NCBI GenBank assembly: GCA_028534125.1
Contig: CM052817.1
Location: 96,226,001 to 96,290,000, forward strand
Length of the DNA: 64,000 bases
Source: Lama glama
Taxonomy: Eukaryota
Direction: 5' to 3'
The translations under genes and the position numbers were made by a program. The notes under the pieces are model-generated. The model was given only the letters and a program-made list of their open reading frames with translations, was not told the DNA's origin and made no database searches. This document shows positions 38,613 to 51,630 of the stretch, piece after piece (position 1 is the first letter of the stretch; every line of letters begins with the position of its first letter).

Positions 38613-39210
38613 GTGATAACGGTTAAGACACTAACAGAGAGAACTGAGAACTGAAGTTTACAGGAAGGACTCTATCTCCCTCTCCCTATGTTATTTTATC
38701 CCAAAATTATAAACATTCTGTCCTACCAGATTCTTCAGCTGAAAATCTAACAAATGATACTTCTATGCCCTTTCTCTTGCATTTACTAAGAGTTGCTGGT
38801 GGATAGCAAATTTGCATCAGTAGCAAGAAGAGACTAGGGGTTGTAGGAATAATGTGTCGAACACACTGCTTTTGAAAGAGAACTCTATTACTTTTCCTTT
38901 TTACAGATGTATTAACTCTAGCACTGCTACATATTTCATTGTCAGCAAAGCATCCAGAGAAAACAAGGCAAGTTCAGCTAAGCAGTTAAGTCATAACCAA
39001 TGAAGAATCCATGGTACCCCACTGTCTATGCCAATGGAAGATAAGAGGGGGATGGGAGATGAGATTAGAGGTGAGAATTCCTGACATCTCTTTCTCTGGA
39101 GAAGCTACAAAGCAGTGGGTCACTCTCAGCCTGATTCCACCTGCCCTCCCCACTCCCTGTGTCCTCCTGCCGTCTTCCCCCAATTCTGTGCTGACACTGA
39201 ACTGGCCCAG

Positions 39211-39710
39211 NNNNNNNNNNNNNNNNNNNNNNNNNNNNNNNNNNNNNNNNNNNNNNNNNNNNNNNNNNNNNNNNNNNNNNNNNNNNNNNNNNNNNNNNNN
39301 NNNNNNNNNNNNNNNNNNNNNNNNNNNNNNNNNNNNNNNNNNNNNNNNNNNNNNNNNNNNNNNNNNNNNNNNNNNNNNNNNNNNNNNNNNNNNNNNNNNN
39401 NNNNNNNNNNNNNNNNNNNNNNNNNNNNNNNNNNNNNNNNNNNNNNNNNNNNNNNNNNNNNNNNNNNNNNNNNNNNNNNNNNNNNNNNNNNNNNNNNNNN
39501 NNNNNNNNNNNNNNNNNNNNNNNNNNNNNNNNNNNNNNNNNNNNNNNNNNNNNNNNNNNNNNNNNNNNNNNNNNNNNNNNNNNNNNNNNNNNNNNNNNNN
39601 NNNNNNNNNNNNNNNNNNNNNNNNNNNNNNNNNNNNNNNNNNNNNNNNNNNNNNNNNNNNNNNNNNNNNNNNNNNNNNNNNNNNNNNNNNNNNNNNNNNN
39701 NNNNNNNNNN
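39211..39710. other. Assembly gap (500 N)
   Basis: Run of exactly 500 N. Confidence 1.
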
Positions 39711-39893
39711 AACTTTTTCATTCATCACTATCAACTGACTACTTCCCTTCATCGTCGCTACTACTGCTAAAGCCCAGAGACTTGGCTAGGTTAGTGTAAA
39801 AATAGTAAAAGCTAATAATTATCAAAAGTTTATTCTATACCAGGAAGGCACTCTTTTAAAACTTTATATAAATTAGCTTTTTAAATTGCCCTA

Positions 39894-40364
39894 TGTATTA
39901 GATTCCTAAAACTGAAGTATCAAGGCAAATTCAATAGCTTAAAAATTAAGGAATTGATTGTTTCATAGCTTTGAAGGCTATTCTGAAATTGAAGGATTGG
40001 TAAAACCGTGTTCTCTTTGGGGTAGGATCAATCTTTCCTGCCTCTTCAAGCTCCTATTGGCTCCAGGCATCCCTTGATTTGTGGCACTGCAGCTCCAGTC
40101 TCTACCACCATCTTCACGTGGACTTGTCCTCTGTGTGAGTGTCTTCTTGTCTTCTGTCTGTATCAGACCTCCTTCTGCCTTTTTCCTTATAAGAATCTTT
40201 GTCATTGGATTTAGAACCCACCCCAATTATCTAGCAGAATAATCACCTCATCTCAAGATCCTTAACTTAATTACATCGACAAAGACCCTTTTTCTAACGT
40301 AAAATTCACAGGTTCCAGGGATTAGAAAGTGGACAACTCTTTTTAAGGCCACCATTAAACACCC
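39894..40364 (-). mobile_element. MaLR solo LTR (MLT1C-like), inserted into a MIR (about 39810-39893 and 40380-40500)
   Basis: tgtattag start; ctccagtctctaccaccatcttcacgtgg; gtcattggatttagaacccacc; ctcatctcaagatccttaacttaattacatc; MIR halves on both sides. Confidence 0.88.
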
Positions 40365-40849
40365 CAAAAGCAGAGTACTTAGTAGTCCACTGGATAGATG
40401 AGGCAACTGAGACTTAGAGAGTTTAAGGGATTTGCTCAAGGTCACATAATTCATATGAATGGGAGATTCACATTTGGTTTATGGCCTCCTTACCTCCAGA
40501 AAAACAATTTCAATACTTTTCTGAAAGGGTAACAGTATCAAGAAATTTTGTTACTTGGATGTCAAGTATTGCTTCTTCAATCCATTGATGCTAGACTATC
40601 CTGTACCACTAATGTTATCTTCCAAAATGAGTTCAGATCCAGTGCCTGGAATGCTATCTGTCATGTAGAAGATACTCAATAAACAACTGGGAGTAAATTA
40701 ATGAGATCTTGTCACCAGCCTCATCAAAGTCATCCAAAATCCCACACTGCTTAAAAAATGAGCTTCACACTCTTCAACAAAGCATTCCAGACCCTCCAAC
40801 CTTCTAAAAGATTAAAAATACAATCTTGGAATGAATACAGCTTTTCTAA

Positions 40850-41615
40850 GAATGTCCAGAAGTCATACAAGAAGTTGATAAATTTGGCCACATACATAAC
40901 TAAAAGCTCAGGGTGGAAAAATTTCATAATAAAATCAAAAAACAATGGCCAGGAAAAATATTAATAACACATATTATATATATATATATGCCTTCTTTCC
41001 TAAAGATAGAAATAGCTCGTGAAAAAGCAGGCACTTTCATTTATTATTGTAGGAATGTAAAACTGTGAAGCTTCGTTGAAGAGAAGATTAAGAATAAAAA
41101 TAAATTTATTTTTAAATTCATCTGGTCTCTGACACAGAATTTCTACCTCTAGGAATTTATTCTGTAGCGCATCTCTCACTTTGGCACAAAGCTGTTCAAT
41201 GCTACAACCTTGGCGATAAAAACTGATCGGAAATAATCTAAATGCCCACCAACAGGAGATGGTTAAATCCATTATGGCGCAACTATACCATGGGATATCA
41301 TGAGTAGCTTTTAAAACGAGGCATCTCAGTATATGCGTTAGTATGGAAGGAGTTAGCTCAGGGTGCAGAACAGTGTGTATAAAATGCTACCATTCTGCAA
41401 ACAACAAAATGGACACCTGTGTATGTGCTTATATGCCCTGTATATATAAGAATATTTTTGGAAGGATAAACCAGAAACTTGTAACTATATTTGCCTTTGA
41501 GAAAAGAACTGTGAGACTGAGTATAAAGGTGGAAGGAAGATTTATTTTTCAGTGTAAACACTATTGTATTTGCTTGAATTTATTTTGCCATGTGCTTGCT
41601 ATGTGCACAGTAGAG
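40850..41615 (+). mobile_element. Ancient L1 (L1ME-like) 3' region, apparently nested in an L2 (about 40590-42030)
   Basis: ttgtaggaatgtaaaactg, ttctacctctaggaatttattc, atctaaatgcccaccaacagg; L2-like sequence on both flanks. Confidence 0.65.
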
Positions 41616-42912
41616 AGAGAATTTATCAGCTAGTTTTGACCTGATTTTCCTACTTGATCTCCTATATCTTCATCTTGCACATGACAATTCATTGCTTCTC
41701 AAACATACTGATTACATTCATGTTGAATGAGTGTATGTGTGTGTGTCTAATATTCTATCATCCTTGACTCTCATACCTTCTCCCTGTAGAAATCCTGCCA
41801 CTCAAAAGCTCTTTCATGAAACCTCCCTGATCTTCAGTGTTGGAACTAACCACTCTTACTTCTGCACTCAGAAAACCCCTGCTCATCCTGCTTTGAATTA
41901 TGGTTGTTTACAAGTTGGCCACCTTCATTAAATTAGCTCCTAAAGGGAAGTGTGCATCTTGTTGGACTCTCTGTTTCTCATGGTACCTGGAACACAGCTT
42001 TGCTAAATGCATACCATTAACTTAAAAATATTAAGCAGAAGAGTCATCTGGGAAGACCTAAGTTTCCTATGATGACCCAATGTTAAGAGTGATAGAGGAA
42101 AACTATCTAGCTCAATTATAGGAATGCTACTTAGCATGAACATCTGAAAGAGCAAATAAGGGATCTTCAAAGCTGAACAAAAAGTCAATACTCTGCATCA
42201 AATAGGATTATTACATGAGATGTATGTGAAATGAACTAGGAAGCTACACTTGCAATAAATTAGAGGTAAGAGAAGAATGAAAGAAAAATAATTTCCATTA
42301 TAATATGGGAAAGATAGTACTTGACATATTTTTGTTTGTTTGTTTTTAAGTCAAACACACCAAGCTTGGTCATAAAATAGGCAAACACTGATTTTTACCA
42401 TGAAGCAGGCTGCTTCTCAGATTGAGACCAACAATGCCCTACACCTTTGCTGCCCTCCCTCCCCTCACCCCGTCAATATAAATGAAAGGTCCATAGCTAC
42501 GCAATTCACTCTATTGCTTATTGACCACAATCTTTTCTATGAAAAATCTCACAAATCATAAGTTTACTATATTTTTTTCTCTTACTATTTACTTTTTGCT
42601 GTCATTTAAACCCACTTCCTCTTGTCCTTGGTGATGTATATGGGAGTTGGGGGGGTCACTTTACTCCACATAGTTAATTTTCATATATCCTAAAGCGCTT
42701 CATGGTATTTGATTATACATGATCTTCTATAAACAATAAGACCAATTTATTAATGCTTCTAGAATATTGCTATTCTGCTTTAGTCTCTATAAATAAGTAC
42801 CCTGATATCAGACCCATCCCACTTCCACTGGCCTTGTAACAACATACAATAAAATCAATATAATGAAATAGAAATTTATAGTGGCAGCGATGGAAAGTCT
42901 ACTCGAACTTAC

Positions 42913-42998
42913 TGTTAATGCTGTTTCATGCTCTCCAGCAGCCAAGTGCGCTAAGCCCAAGTAATAGCAAGCTTCTCCTTCCATCTTTTTGTCATTTC
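42913..42998 (-). CDS. TTC29: TTC29 internal exon, 86 nt, phase 1 to 0: (G)NDKKMEGEACYYLGLAHLAAGEHETALT
   Basis: Acceptor gactttag|GA, donor ACA|gtaagt; TPR-type helix A-x-Y-Y-L-G-L-A; G+GA completes Gly from the previous exon. Confidence 0.95.
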
Positions 42999-45377
42999 CT
43001 AAAGTCAAAGTGTAGAAGAATTATTATGGTATTAAAGAAATCGGTGTATTACAACCAACAGGATCTTTGCTTTTTAAGGCAATAGAAAGTTATTATAAGA
43101 AGGTCTACGACTTATATCAACAATCCCTGAAACCTAGCTGTGTACTGATCAAAAGGCTAATGTTAATACGATTTACCTGGATCACAGATGTTAGAGAAAG
43201 GTGCATTAGCAGTACAATTATGAGGAGTTTCTCTCTACATACACAACCTAGTATTATCACTTTGACATTCATATATAATTTCTATACTGATCCACCCTGT
43301 GAATCCTGTAGTCATCCAGCACAGCTGTTAGTACATGCATGAAATAAATGGTAAAGAGTATCAACCTTGCCTGGTGCACCAACACTCATACACAGGCTGG
43401 CATCCACTCAGTCTCTAGCAGGGCTGATAATTGGCAAATTAAGTAACTGTTGTTTTGATTAGGTTCAATTTTAAAGCTATTGGTTAAAACTTGGGTGAGA
43501 AGGACTGACAGAGCTTGGCTTCTTGGTACAGAATTCCACGCACATTTTGAAATCCAACCATATTGTTCTTTGCTAATGACTGGCAATGTTTTCACTGCCT
43601 TTTCACAATGAATTTAGCCTAATTTCTATGTAATGTGTTTTATCCATGGGAATTATCAAATTCTTCTTTCCAAAATCAAAATGTATAAATATGTAACATG
43701 GTTCAACAAGACAATCATACCATCCAATAAGTACATTATTTATTTATGTTTAATATACTAAATATAACATACAAATCTAATATACATACAAGAACCACTG
43801 AAGGTTCTTATATTTAAAAAGAATGCTATCCTTTATCTACTTTTGGAAGTCTTTGGCTTTTAATGTTACCTAACTCCTGGCTAAGGCAAATGCTGACAGA
43901 TCCACCCTCCGTTTTGATCTCTGGAAAGTAAGCATCCTTAGATTTCTGAACTCTGCATCCCCACCTTGACGGATGTCAGCAGGACCTTGCAATTCTCCAT
44001 GCTGCATTCACTCTCAGCATTCACTGAATCACCACTTGTGAAGCAATGGCTCAAAGGGAAGACTGTGGGGAAACAGGATGGCAAATGCCAGTGACAGTAT
44101 TTATTTTATTCTCTGCAATTTCATCTGTTGCAGAGAATTATACCCTCAAGATCTCATGTCAGTAGGGTTGATGATGCTAGTGATTCAGTCTGGGGATTTT
44201 AACCCTTACTTTTTCTCTGCTATAGGTTGAAGGTTTATGAGTGCTGGGGATAAGACTAGGACTAGGGAAGGGACAGAAAAGGGGTAGAAAAGAGAATAAA
44301 TGCTTCTTTTTAAAAATAAGAAGCACCTTTCCACTTTTAAAAACTTAAAAAAGAGAGAGAGAAGTGTTAACTAAACCCAAAGCAAACAGATGGAAGGAAA
44401 TAATAAAGACTAGAGAGGAAATAAGTAGAGAATAGAAAAAAAATAGAGGATATCAACAAAACCAAAAGTTGGTTCATTAAAAAGGTCAATAAAATTGGCA
44501 GACCTTTGGCTAGACTGAACAAGGGGAAAAAAAGAGAAAGTCCTCAAATAATGAAAACCAGGGATGAATGATGGCAATCACTACAGTCCTTACAGAAATA
44601 AAAATGCTTAAAAAGGACTGTTATGGACAATGGTATACCAACAAATTAGATACAGTAGATGAAATGGAAAAATTGCTAGAAACATACAAACTACTGACAT
44701 TGACTCAAGAAGACATAGACAATCTGAATAGACCCACAACAAGTAAAGAGCTTGAGTTAAAAATCAAAATACTTTCCACATACAAAAAAACCCCAGGCCC
44801 AGATAGGTCCACTGGCGAATTCTACCAAATATTAAAATAATAATCAGCACCAATCCTTCACAGACTTTACAAAAAATTATGAGAAAATACTTCCCAAATA
44901 ATTCTATAAAACCAATATTATTTGACATCAAACCACCAAAGACATCACAAGAAAAGAAAACTACAAATAATAATCAAGTATCCATTATGAATATAGACAC
45001 AAAAATTCTCAACAAAATATTAGCAAATTCAACCCAGTAACATATAAGAAAGATTATACACCAGGATCAAGCTGGATTTATCCCAAGAATGTAAGGTTGA
45101 TTCAACATATGCAGGTCAATCCATGTGATATATCATATTAACAGAAAGGACAAAAACTGCATGATCATCTCAATGGATGCAGAAAAAAATTTGACAAAAT
45201 TCAATCCCTTTTTATGATAAAAACCCTCAGCAAATTCAGAGTAGAAGGTAACTTCTTCAACCTGTTAAAAAGTATCTACAAAAAATCCACAGCTAACATC
45301 ACACTTAACGGTAAAAGGCTTTTTGCCCTAAGATCAGGAAGAAGACAAAGATGTCCTTTGACATCAATTCTGTTTAA

Positions 45378-45696
45378 AACCTACATGCTTTATTATTGGG
45401 TTTAACAAAGATAGGCAATAGTGGAAAAATAACTAAACAATGCAGGGAGGTTAAAGGAAGTTGAGGATTTTTATTAACAAGATCTGTTTGTACAGAATTC
45501 TCTTATCTTTGGCTCCCAAAGAATGTTGCTTTTCTCATGGTACAGGGCATCCTGCACATGGGAGTTTTAATTTCCCATTTTCAGGAATAAAAGGGGAGAT
45601 TAGAATGGCCTTCTTGCCTCTTGTTTTTCAAGTACCTTAAGCTCAAAGTACTTATGCCATAGTGGCATTTGGGGTGGCATAGTCTGTCACCCTTCA
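45378..45696 (-). mobile_element. Truncated ERV1 LTR (MER34-like) inserted in L1 ORF2
   Basis: Minus strand starts tgaagggtgacagactatgccaccccaaatgccactatggcataag...tttgagct, like recalled MER34 LTR 5' ends. Confidence 0.75.
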
Positions 45697-46456
45697 GCAT
45701 CAAGAGCAGAAAGAAATAAGTAAAAGTATACTTGCAGATGACATGATCTTATATATAGAAAATCCTAAAGAATCCACAAAAAATTCAAAGCTAATAAATG
45801 AGTTTATCAAGGTTGCAAGATACAAGATCAATATACAAAAGTTGATTTTATTTCTACACCCAATGAACAGTTTGAAAATGAAAGAAAAATTTAATTTTCA
45901 ACAGCATTAAAAAGAATAAAATATTAGAAATAAAATTATAAAAACAAGAGAAAGGTATATACACTGAAAGCTATAAAGCATCCTTAAAAGAAATTAAATA
46001 AATGAACAGAAAACCCATATTCATGAATTGGGAGACTTAGTGTTAAGATAGCAATATTCCCTAAACTGATTGACAGGTTCAATGCAATCCCTATCGAAAT
46101 CCCAGCTGTCCTTTTTGGAGAAATGGACAGACTAACTCTAACATTCATGTGGGAATATAAGCAATGCAGAGTAGCCAAAGCAATACTGAAAAAGAACAAT
46201 CCTGGATGACTCAAATTCCACAATTTTAAAACTTACTACAAAACTAAAATAAACAAGAATGTGTGGTAGTGGAATAAGGACAGATATGAGGCTCACCACA
46301 GTAGAATTAAGAGTCCAGAAAACAACCCTCACATTTACAATCCATTTTTAACAAAAGTCCCAAGATAATTTATTGAGAAAGAATAGGATTTTCAACAACT
46401 GGTACTGGGACAATAGGATATCCACATGCAAAACATGAAGTTGGACCCTCCTTAAC

Positions 46457-46494
46457 ACCACACACATGTGCACACACACACACACACACACACA
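46457..46494. repeat. Interrupted (CA)n microsatellite inside L1
   Basis: Direct reading. Confidence 0.9.
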
Positions 46495-48636
46495 GAGTTT
46501 TAAAAATAGATCATAGACCTAAATATAGGAGTTAAAACTATAAAACTCTTAGAATAAAATGTAGGAGTAAATCTTCATGAATTTGGGTTTGTGGAAGTGT
46601 TCTTAGTTATGATACTGAAAGCACAAACAACAAAAGAAAAAATAGATTATTTTGAACTTTATCAAATTGAAAACTTCTGCTTCAGTGGATTCCATCAGAA
46701 AGCAAAAAGAAAATCTGATGTTTTCAAATCATTAATCTGATGAATGACTTGTATGTAGAGTATATAGAATATTCTTACAACTCAATAATAAAAAGACAAC
46801 CCAATTAAAATGAGCAAAGACTCTGAATAGGCATTTCTGCAAAGAAGATACACAAATGGCATAAGCACACGAAAAGATGTTCAACATCATTAAACAACAG
46901 GGAAATGTAAAATGAATCTACAGTGATTATCACTTTATACCTACTAAGATGACTATAATAAAAAGAGATTAATAAGTGCTGATGAGGAAGTGGCTAAACT
47001 GAAATCCTTACACATTGTTGATGGGAATGCAAGATGGGGCAGTGCCTTTAGAAAACTCTTTGCCAGTCCCTCAATAAGTTAAACATAGAGTTACCATGTG
47101 ACCCAGCAATTCCACTTCTAGGTATACAACAAAAGGAACTGAAAACTTGTACACAAATGTTCATAGTAGCTTTATTCGTAACAGACAAAAGGTAGGAGCA
47201 ACATAAATGCCCATCAACTGATGAATGGATAGAGAAAATGTGATACACCCATACAAGGGTGTGATAATTGGCCATAAAAATGAATCAAGTAGTGATGCAT
47301 GCTACAAGATGAATGAACCTTGAAAACATGATGCTACGTGAGAGAAGCTGGACACAAAAGGACACACATAATACGACCCCATTTGCGTGAACTATCCAGA
47401 GGTGGTAAATCCAAAGAGATAGAAAGTAGATAAATGGTTGCTAGGAGAGAGGAAGGAAGTTATGGGGAATGACTTCTAGTGAATACGGGGTTAGTGTTCA
47501 TCATTGTACAACTTTGTGACTATATTAAACATCAATGGTGATTAAAATAAGAAAATAATAGAATAATAGAGTCATGAGACCGCTGTACGGCTGGTGCTAC
47601 CCTTGTGCAATACACCGAGGTGCCCAAACAAAGGAGCTGGCCCACAGTGGATGTCAGTACTCCTTAAGTAATATGTAAACCAATGTGGGAGGCAGACCTT
47701 ATCCACGCAGTCATCAGCTTGCTGCTTCAGGTTCCCTGACCGCAGTAGGAGATAACAGGGAAAAGGGATGCTCTGTCCCAGAACATTACAGAGCTGTCAG
47801 AGCTCTGTAAAATATTGTGTGATCCCTTAACCTACGTACTTTCTTGTATGAAAAATATGGAGACAAATATTTATCGGTTTTAAAAGATACTAAAAATTAA
47901 GACAGCATGAGAAGTACGTTTTCTCCTATTCTCTCTGTCCTTTGGAAAGTGAGAGATGCTCTCAGAAAGAAGACTGCCTGGCAGGTTCTAACTGTTGGGA
48001 GAGACCCTAGGAATCTCGCTTTCTTTGTGAACTACCTTACAATTTAGCAAATATGAACCTAAAGTGAAATACCTTTTCCTAATTGATACATTGCTTTACA
48101 TTAAACTGCCACAGAACTTTTCACTTGACTCAGGTTAGCTGCTGAAACTGATCTAAGAGCTAACTATTTATGTCAGTGTGTGCCCCTTTGGAGAAGGTAC
48201 TAAATCACTCTTCACTCAAAAGCAGTTCATTCAATGGGATATGTCTTTCAGTGGGGGCGATATCCTATGGGTATTTCAACTAATATTATTTTACAAAGTA
48301 ATAGAGAGAATAAGCTAAGATTTTACTTTCACCCTTTAAAAAAATTAAAATCAAATCCAGAAAATCAGTCCTGTTTACTCCAATGAAGCCATCTGTTACT
48401 CAGTAACCAATCCATTAAATATATCCACAAGCTAATCAACTTTAGTTCAAGAGCATAACTTCCATTTTTACTCCTTCACAAAAAGGCTACTCGATTAATA
48501 AATTACTATGAGATAACAAAATATCCTTTCATTTCACAAAGTAAAAACTTATGAATATATGTTCCAAATTTTTTCTTTATATTTTTTACATATGCAAATG
48601 ATACAGAATATTAAGGATGTGACCAGCTCTCACAAA

Positions 48637-48807
48637 AACGTTTTCTCTGCTTTAAGTGTGCATCCAAGTCACCTGGCAATCTTGCAAACCTTCAGATTCT
48701 GATGCAGTCGATCTGGGGTGGGGCCTGAGAGGCTGAATTTTTTTTTTAAGCTTCCTGGTGATGCTCATGCTGCCACTCTGAAGGCCACACACTTTGACAG
48801 TCAAGGG
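48637..48807. mobile_element. MER5A-like hAT-Charlie MITE
   Basis: gtcacctggcaatcttg...cagattctgatgcagtcgatctggggtggggcctgaga...cctggtgatgctcatgctgc...cacactttga. Confidence 0.85.
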
Positions 48808-49247
48808 TCTAAAATATATTTAAGTTCTAACTTTCTGTTATCCCTAACTGAATATTTATCATAGCCTCTCTATTACCTGACAATAGGGAATTGACAAACA
48901 ATGAGAGGTCTCTCAGATTGTTAGAAACATATGACCTTAAGCACACACACACACTCTTAACTTTTGCAAATGACCTTACCTTCTCATTAGGGGTTTATTG
49001 TTTTATAACATTACTCCCAGAGGGTTGCAATTTTGGAGATAAAGCTTTCAAGAAACTAATGGATTTCTCATTGTCAGCACTAAGGCACCTCTGTTTTACG
49101 TGAAATTTGAAAGGATATTGATGGCATTTGTCTCTGCATTTCATAGGAAATAATCACCCAAACACTTGACGATTTTTACTTCCCTCTTGGGAGAAGCAGT
49201 GTCTGCCCATTAAAGGCTGCAACAAGAGAGTGCTCTTTTCTACCCAC

Positions 49248-49460
49248 CTTCTTTGGCTATTTCAGAAGCTTTTATTAGAATTCTGATGGCCTGTTTGTAT
49301 TCTTTATTTTCCAGCATTTTGTCTGAGAGTAATCTGTAGGTCCTCAGGAGACTCTCGCAGGCCAACAAGTTGAGAAAGTGGCCTGTCTCGTCTTGCCATA
49401 TCCGCCCTTGCGTCAATTGATGGAAGGCTTCATAATGCTCCGCCGCTTCCAGAAGCTGAC
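49248..49460 (-). CDS. TTC29: TTC29 internal exon, 213 nt, phase 1 to 1: (G)[70 protein letters not shown](G)
   Basis: Acceptor tattcttcag|GT, donor GAAG|gtgggt; within ORF 49240..49530; peptide close to recalled human TTC29. Confidence 0.95.
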
Positions 49461-49729
49461 CTGAAGAATAAAAGCCATTCATAAACGCAAACCACAGGCC
49501 AGAACATATTTTCAAATATTTTGCATACATCTTGCGCTTTACTACGAAAGGCAGGGGAACTATGGACTGCAGTCAAGTATTTCTAAGGCTGAAGAAGTGG
49601 GGTAAGGAGCTATCTCAAGTTGGACCACAGATTCAGCACTGATTTTGGTTGAACACCTGCTAGAGGGATATACCGGGACTAGTCGAAATTGATGAGAATT
49701 GCCCATCTTTATAGATGGTCCAGCAATAA

Positions 49730-49980
49730 TTATTAGCAATCATATTAACTAATATTTATTTATCATTATACATATACAAGGCACTGTGCTGTGTGTTTTT
49801 CATGTATTTCTCACTTTTAATCTTCAAATTAGTCCTACGGAATAGGGATTGTTGTGACTCTACTTTCTAGAAGAGAGAGTTAGGTTAAGAATTTTGCCCA
49901 CAATTGCATGTCTAGTGGCCTAGTAGATCCGGGCAGTCTGATGCCAGAGCCCATGCTCTAAACCACTGTCCTCCACTGCT
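49730..49980 (-). mobile_element. MIR SINE
   Basis: ggcactgtgctgtgtg ... ggcagtctgatgccagagcccatgctctaaaccactg. Confidence 0.8.
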
Positions 49981-50431
49981 TTCCCAACAGACAGCGATTC
50001 TTCATTCTCAAGGAGAATTCAGGTATATTGAGAAAGGATGTATCTGCTACAAACTACAAATTTAAATATCATGGATCTTTAAATCACTTCTCAAAGTTTG
50101 ACTGAAATTTGCAAACAGGCATCTGTATACCCTGTTTAATTTTAAATAATTAAAATGTGACTTAACTGATTTTCTGAATTACATCTTATAATATAGTCCA
50201 AAATATATCTTCTCAAAGCCAAAATTCTAAATTAACGTTGTCATGGAATTCCTTGAAATGTGAGCAGTCACACTTTGGGAGAGTAGTTCGCAGTTCCACG
50301 CTGTAGATTGTGTTTTACTTGTGAGTTGCCTTGCGGAAATGCTTACAAAATCCTGTAATGTGAATTCTCTTTCATGGTATTGGAGTTACCTGACTGTGAT
50401 TAACTGGGAAAGCACTTACATCTAGGCATCC

Positions 50432-50680
50432 CAACAGTAGTAGTTAAGAGTGAGTACAGGCTCCAAGCAGACAGCCCGAGCTCCTATACCAGCTTTATCC
50501 TTTTTGCTGTTTAGCCTCAGGCTCATTACTACCCTCTCTGTGCCTGAGTTTAATTCTTTTGCAGATAGGGTTATAGTATAATCACTTAAGGTGTTACTGT
50601 GAGAAATGAATTAATACATGCTCAATATCTGATACAGAGTAGGCACTCAAAGAACACAGCTACTTGTATCAGTTAGCATA
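50432..50680 (+). mobile_element. MIR SINE
   Basis: tagttaagagtg...caggctccaagcagacagcc ... ccctctctgtgcctgagttt ... gtaggcactcaa. Confidence 0.8.
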
Positions 50681-51067
50681 GTGATAATATTTTTTAAAAA
50701 TCCACAGGACAGTTGAAATACAGCCACTATTTTTCCTTTCTTTAAATGCAACATATTCCTCCTGCAGAATATGTACTTGAGTCCTAATGACAATATTATC
50801 ATGACTGATTAAGTTAATTTATGTAGGCCATACAAGGCTCAGTGTATTTCCTCAAATAGGATGCACTGGCTATTATAAGTTGGATATGCTAGGATACTAC
50901 AACCATTGCCATGACTATTGCATATAATTTCTCCCAATTTTTGCACTGAATTAGCTATCAAAATAAATATTCAAAAAGTACGCATAAATAAAAACAGTAT
51001 TTTCAAAGGAACACAACAAACAGAGGTGTATGATCATCAAATAATCCATACAAAAATTCAGTAAAGA

Positions 51068-51243
51068 GCTGAAAAACAAATTTCTTCTGTATAGCACAGG
51101 GATTTATATTCAGTATCTTGTAATAACCCTGAGTGAAAAAGAATATGAAAATAAATATATGTATGTATATGCATGACTGGGACATTATTATGCTGTACAC
51201 CATAAATTGACACACTATAACTGACTGTACTTCAATTAAAAAA
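51068..51243 (+). mobile_element. Young L1 3' UTR fragment with perfect 16-bp TSD
   Basis: TSD aaaaattcagtaaaga at 51052-51067 and 51244-51259; body ends actgactgtacttcaatt plus poly(A). Confidence 0.93.
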
Positions 51244-51389
51244 AAAAATTCAGTAAAGACATGGCCAGTCTGAGCCCCATGCAGAAGGAAGGCATACTGA
51301 CAAAGATTCATAGAGAGAGAGGGAGGTGTGTGCTGCTGAGCTGTTTATGAACTTGTGCTATGAAATTTTCACGTTGATAAAAGACTACA

Positions 51390-51630
51390 AAGCCGTAAGT
51401 ATTATAGGAGAATATTTCATTACATGGACAGGTGCTTATGATAAGTGAAAATACTGAAAAACATCAGAAACGTGGACAAAGCATTATCAGTGTTATATGG
51501 GCGATGGGTGGTTTCTTTTCTGCTTTTCTTTTTTCTTTCTGATTATCGGCATTTTCTAATGTTTCTATCATCAACATATGCTCATTTTGTAAAAAAAGAA
51601 ATATATAACAGAAGCTATTTTAAAAAAAAT
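51390..51630 (+). mobile_element. Ancient L1ME-like 3' end
   Basis: T-rich terminal block ttttctaatgtttctatcatcaacatatgctcattttgtaaaaaaag. Confidence 0.5.

Larger units (their letters stand above)
44335..47545 (+). mobile_element. ~3.2-kb decayed L1 (L1MB/L1MC-like), ORF2 through 3' UTR
   Basis: ORF2 remnants in the track (KTPGPDRSTGEFYQ, MIKTLSK..EGNFFNL) and RT motif LADDMI at 45731-45748; many stops and frameshifts. Confidence 0.95.

Noticed and set aside
39011..39799. Four ORFs of 207-262 aa
   Set aside because: Artefacts of the second N gap.
44568..46332. Reverse-transcriptase-related ORF fragments as an active or novel RT system
   Set aside because: Ordinary decayed L1 ORF2 with stops, frameshifts and an LTR insertion.
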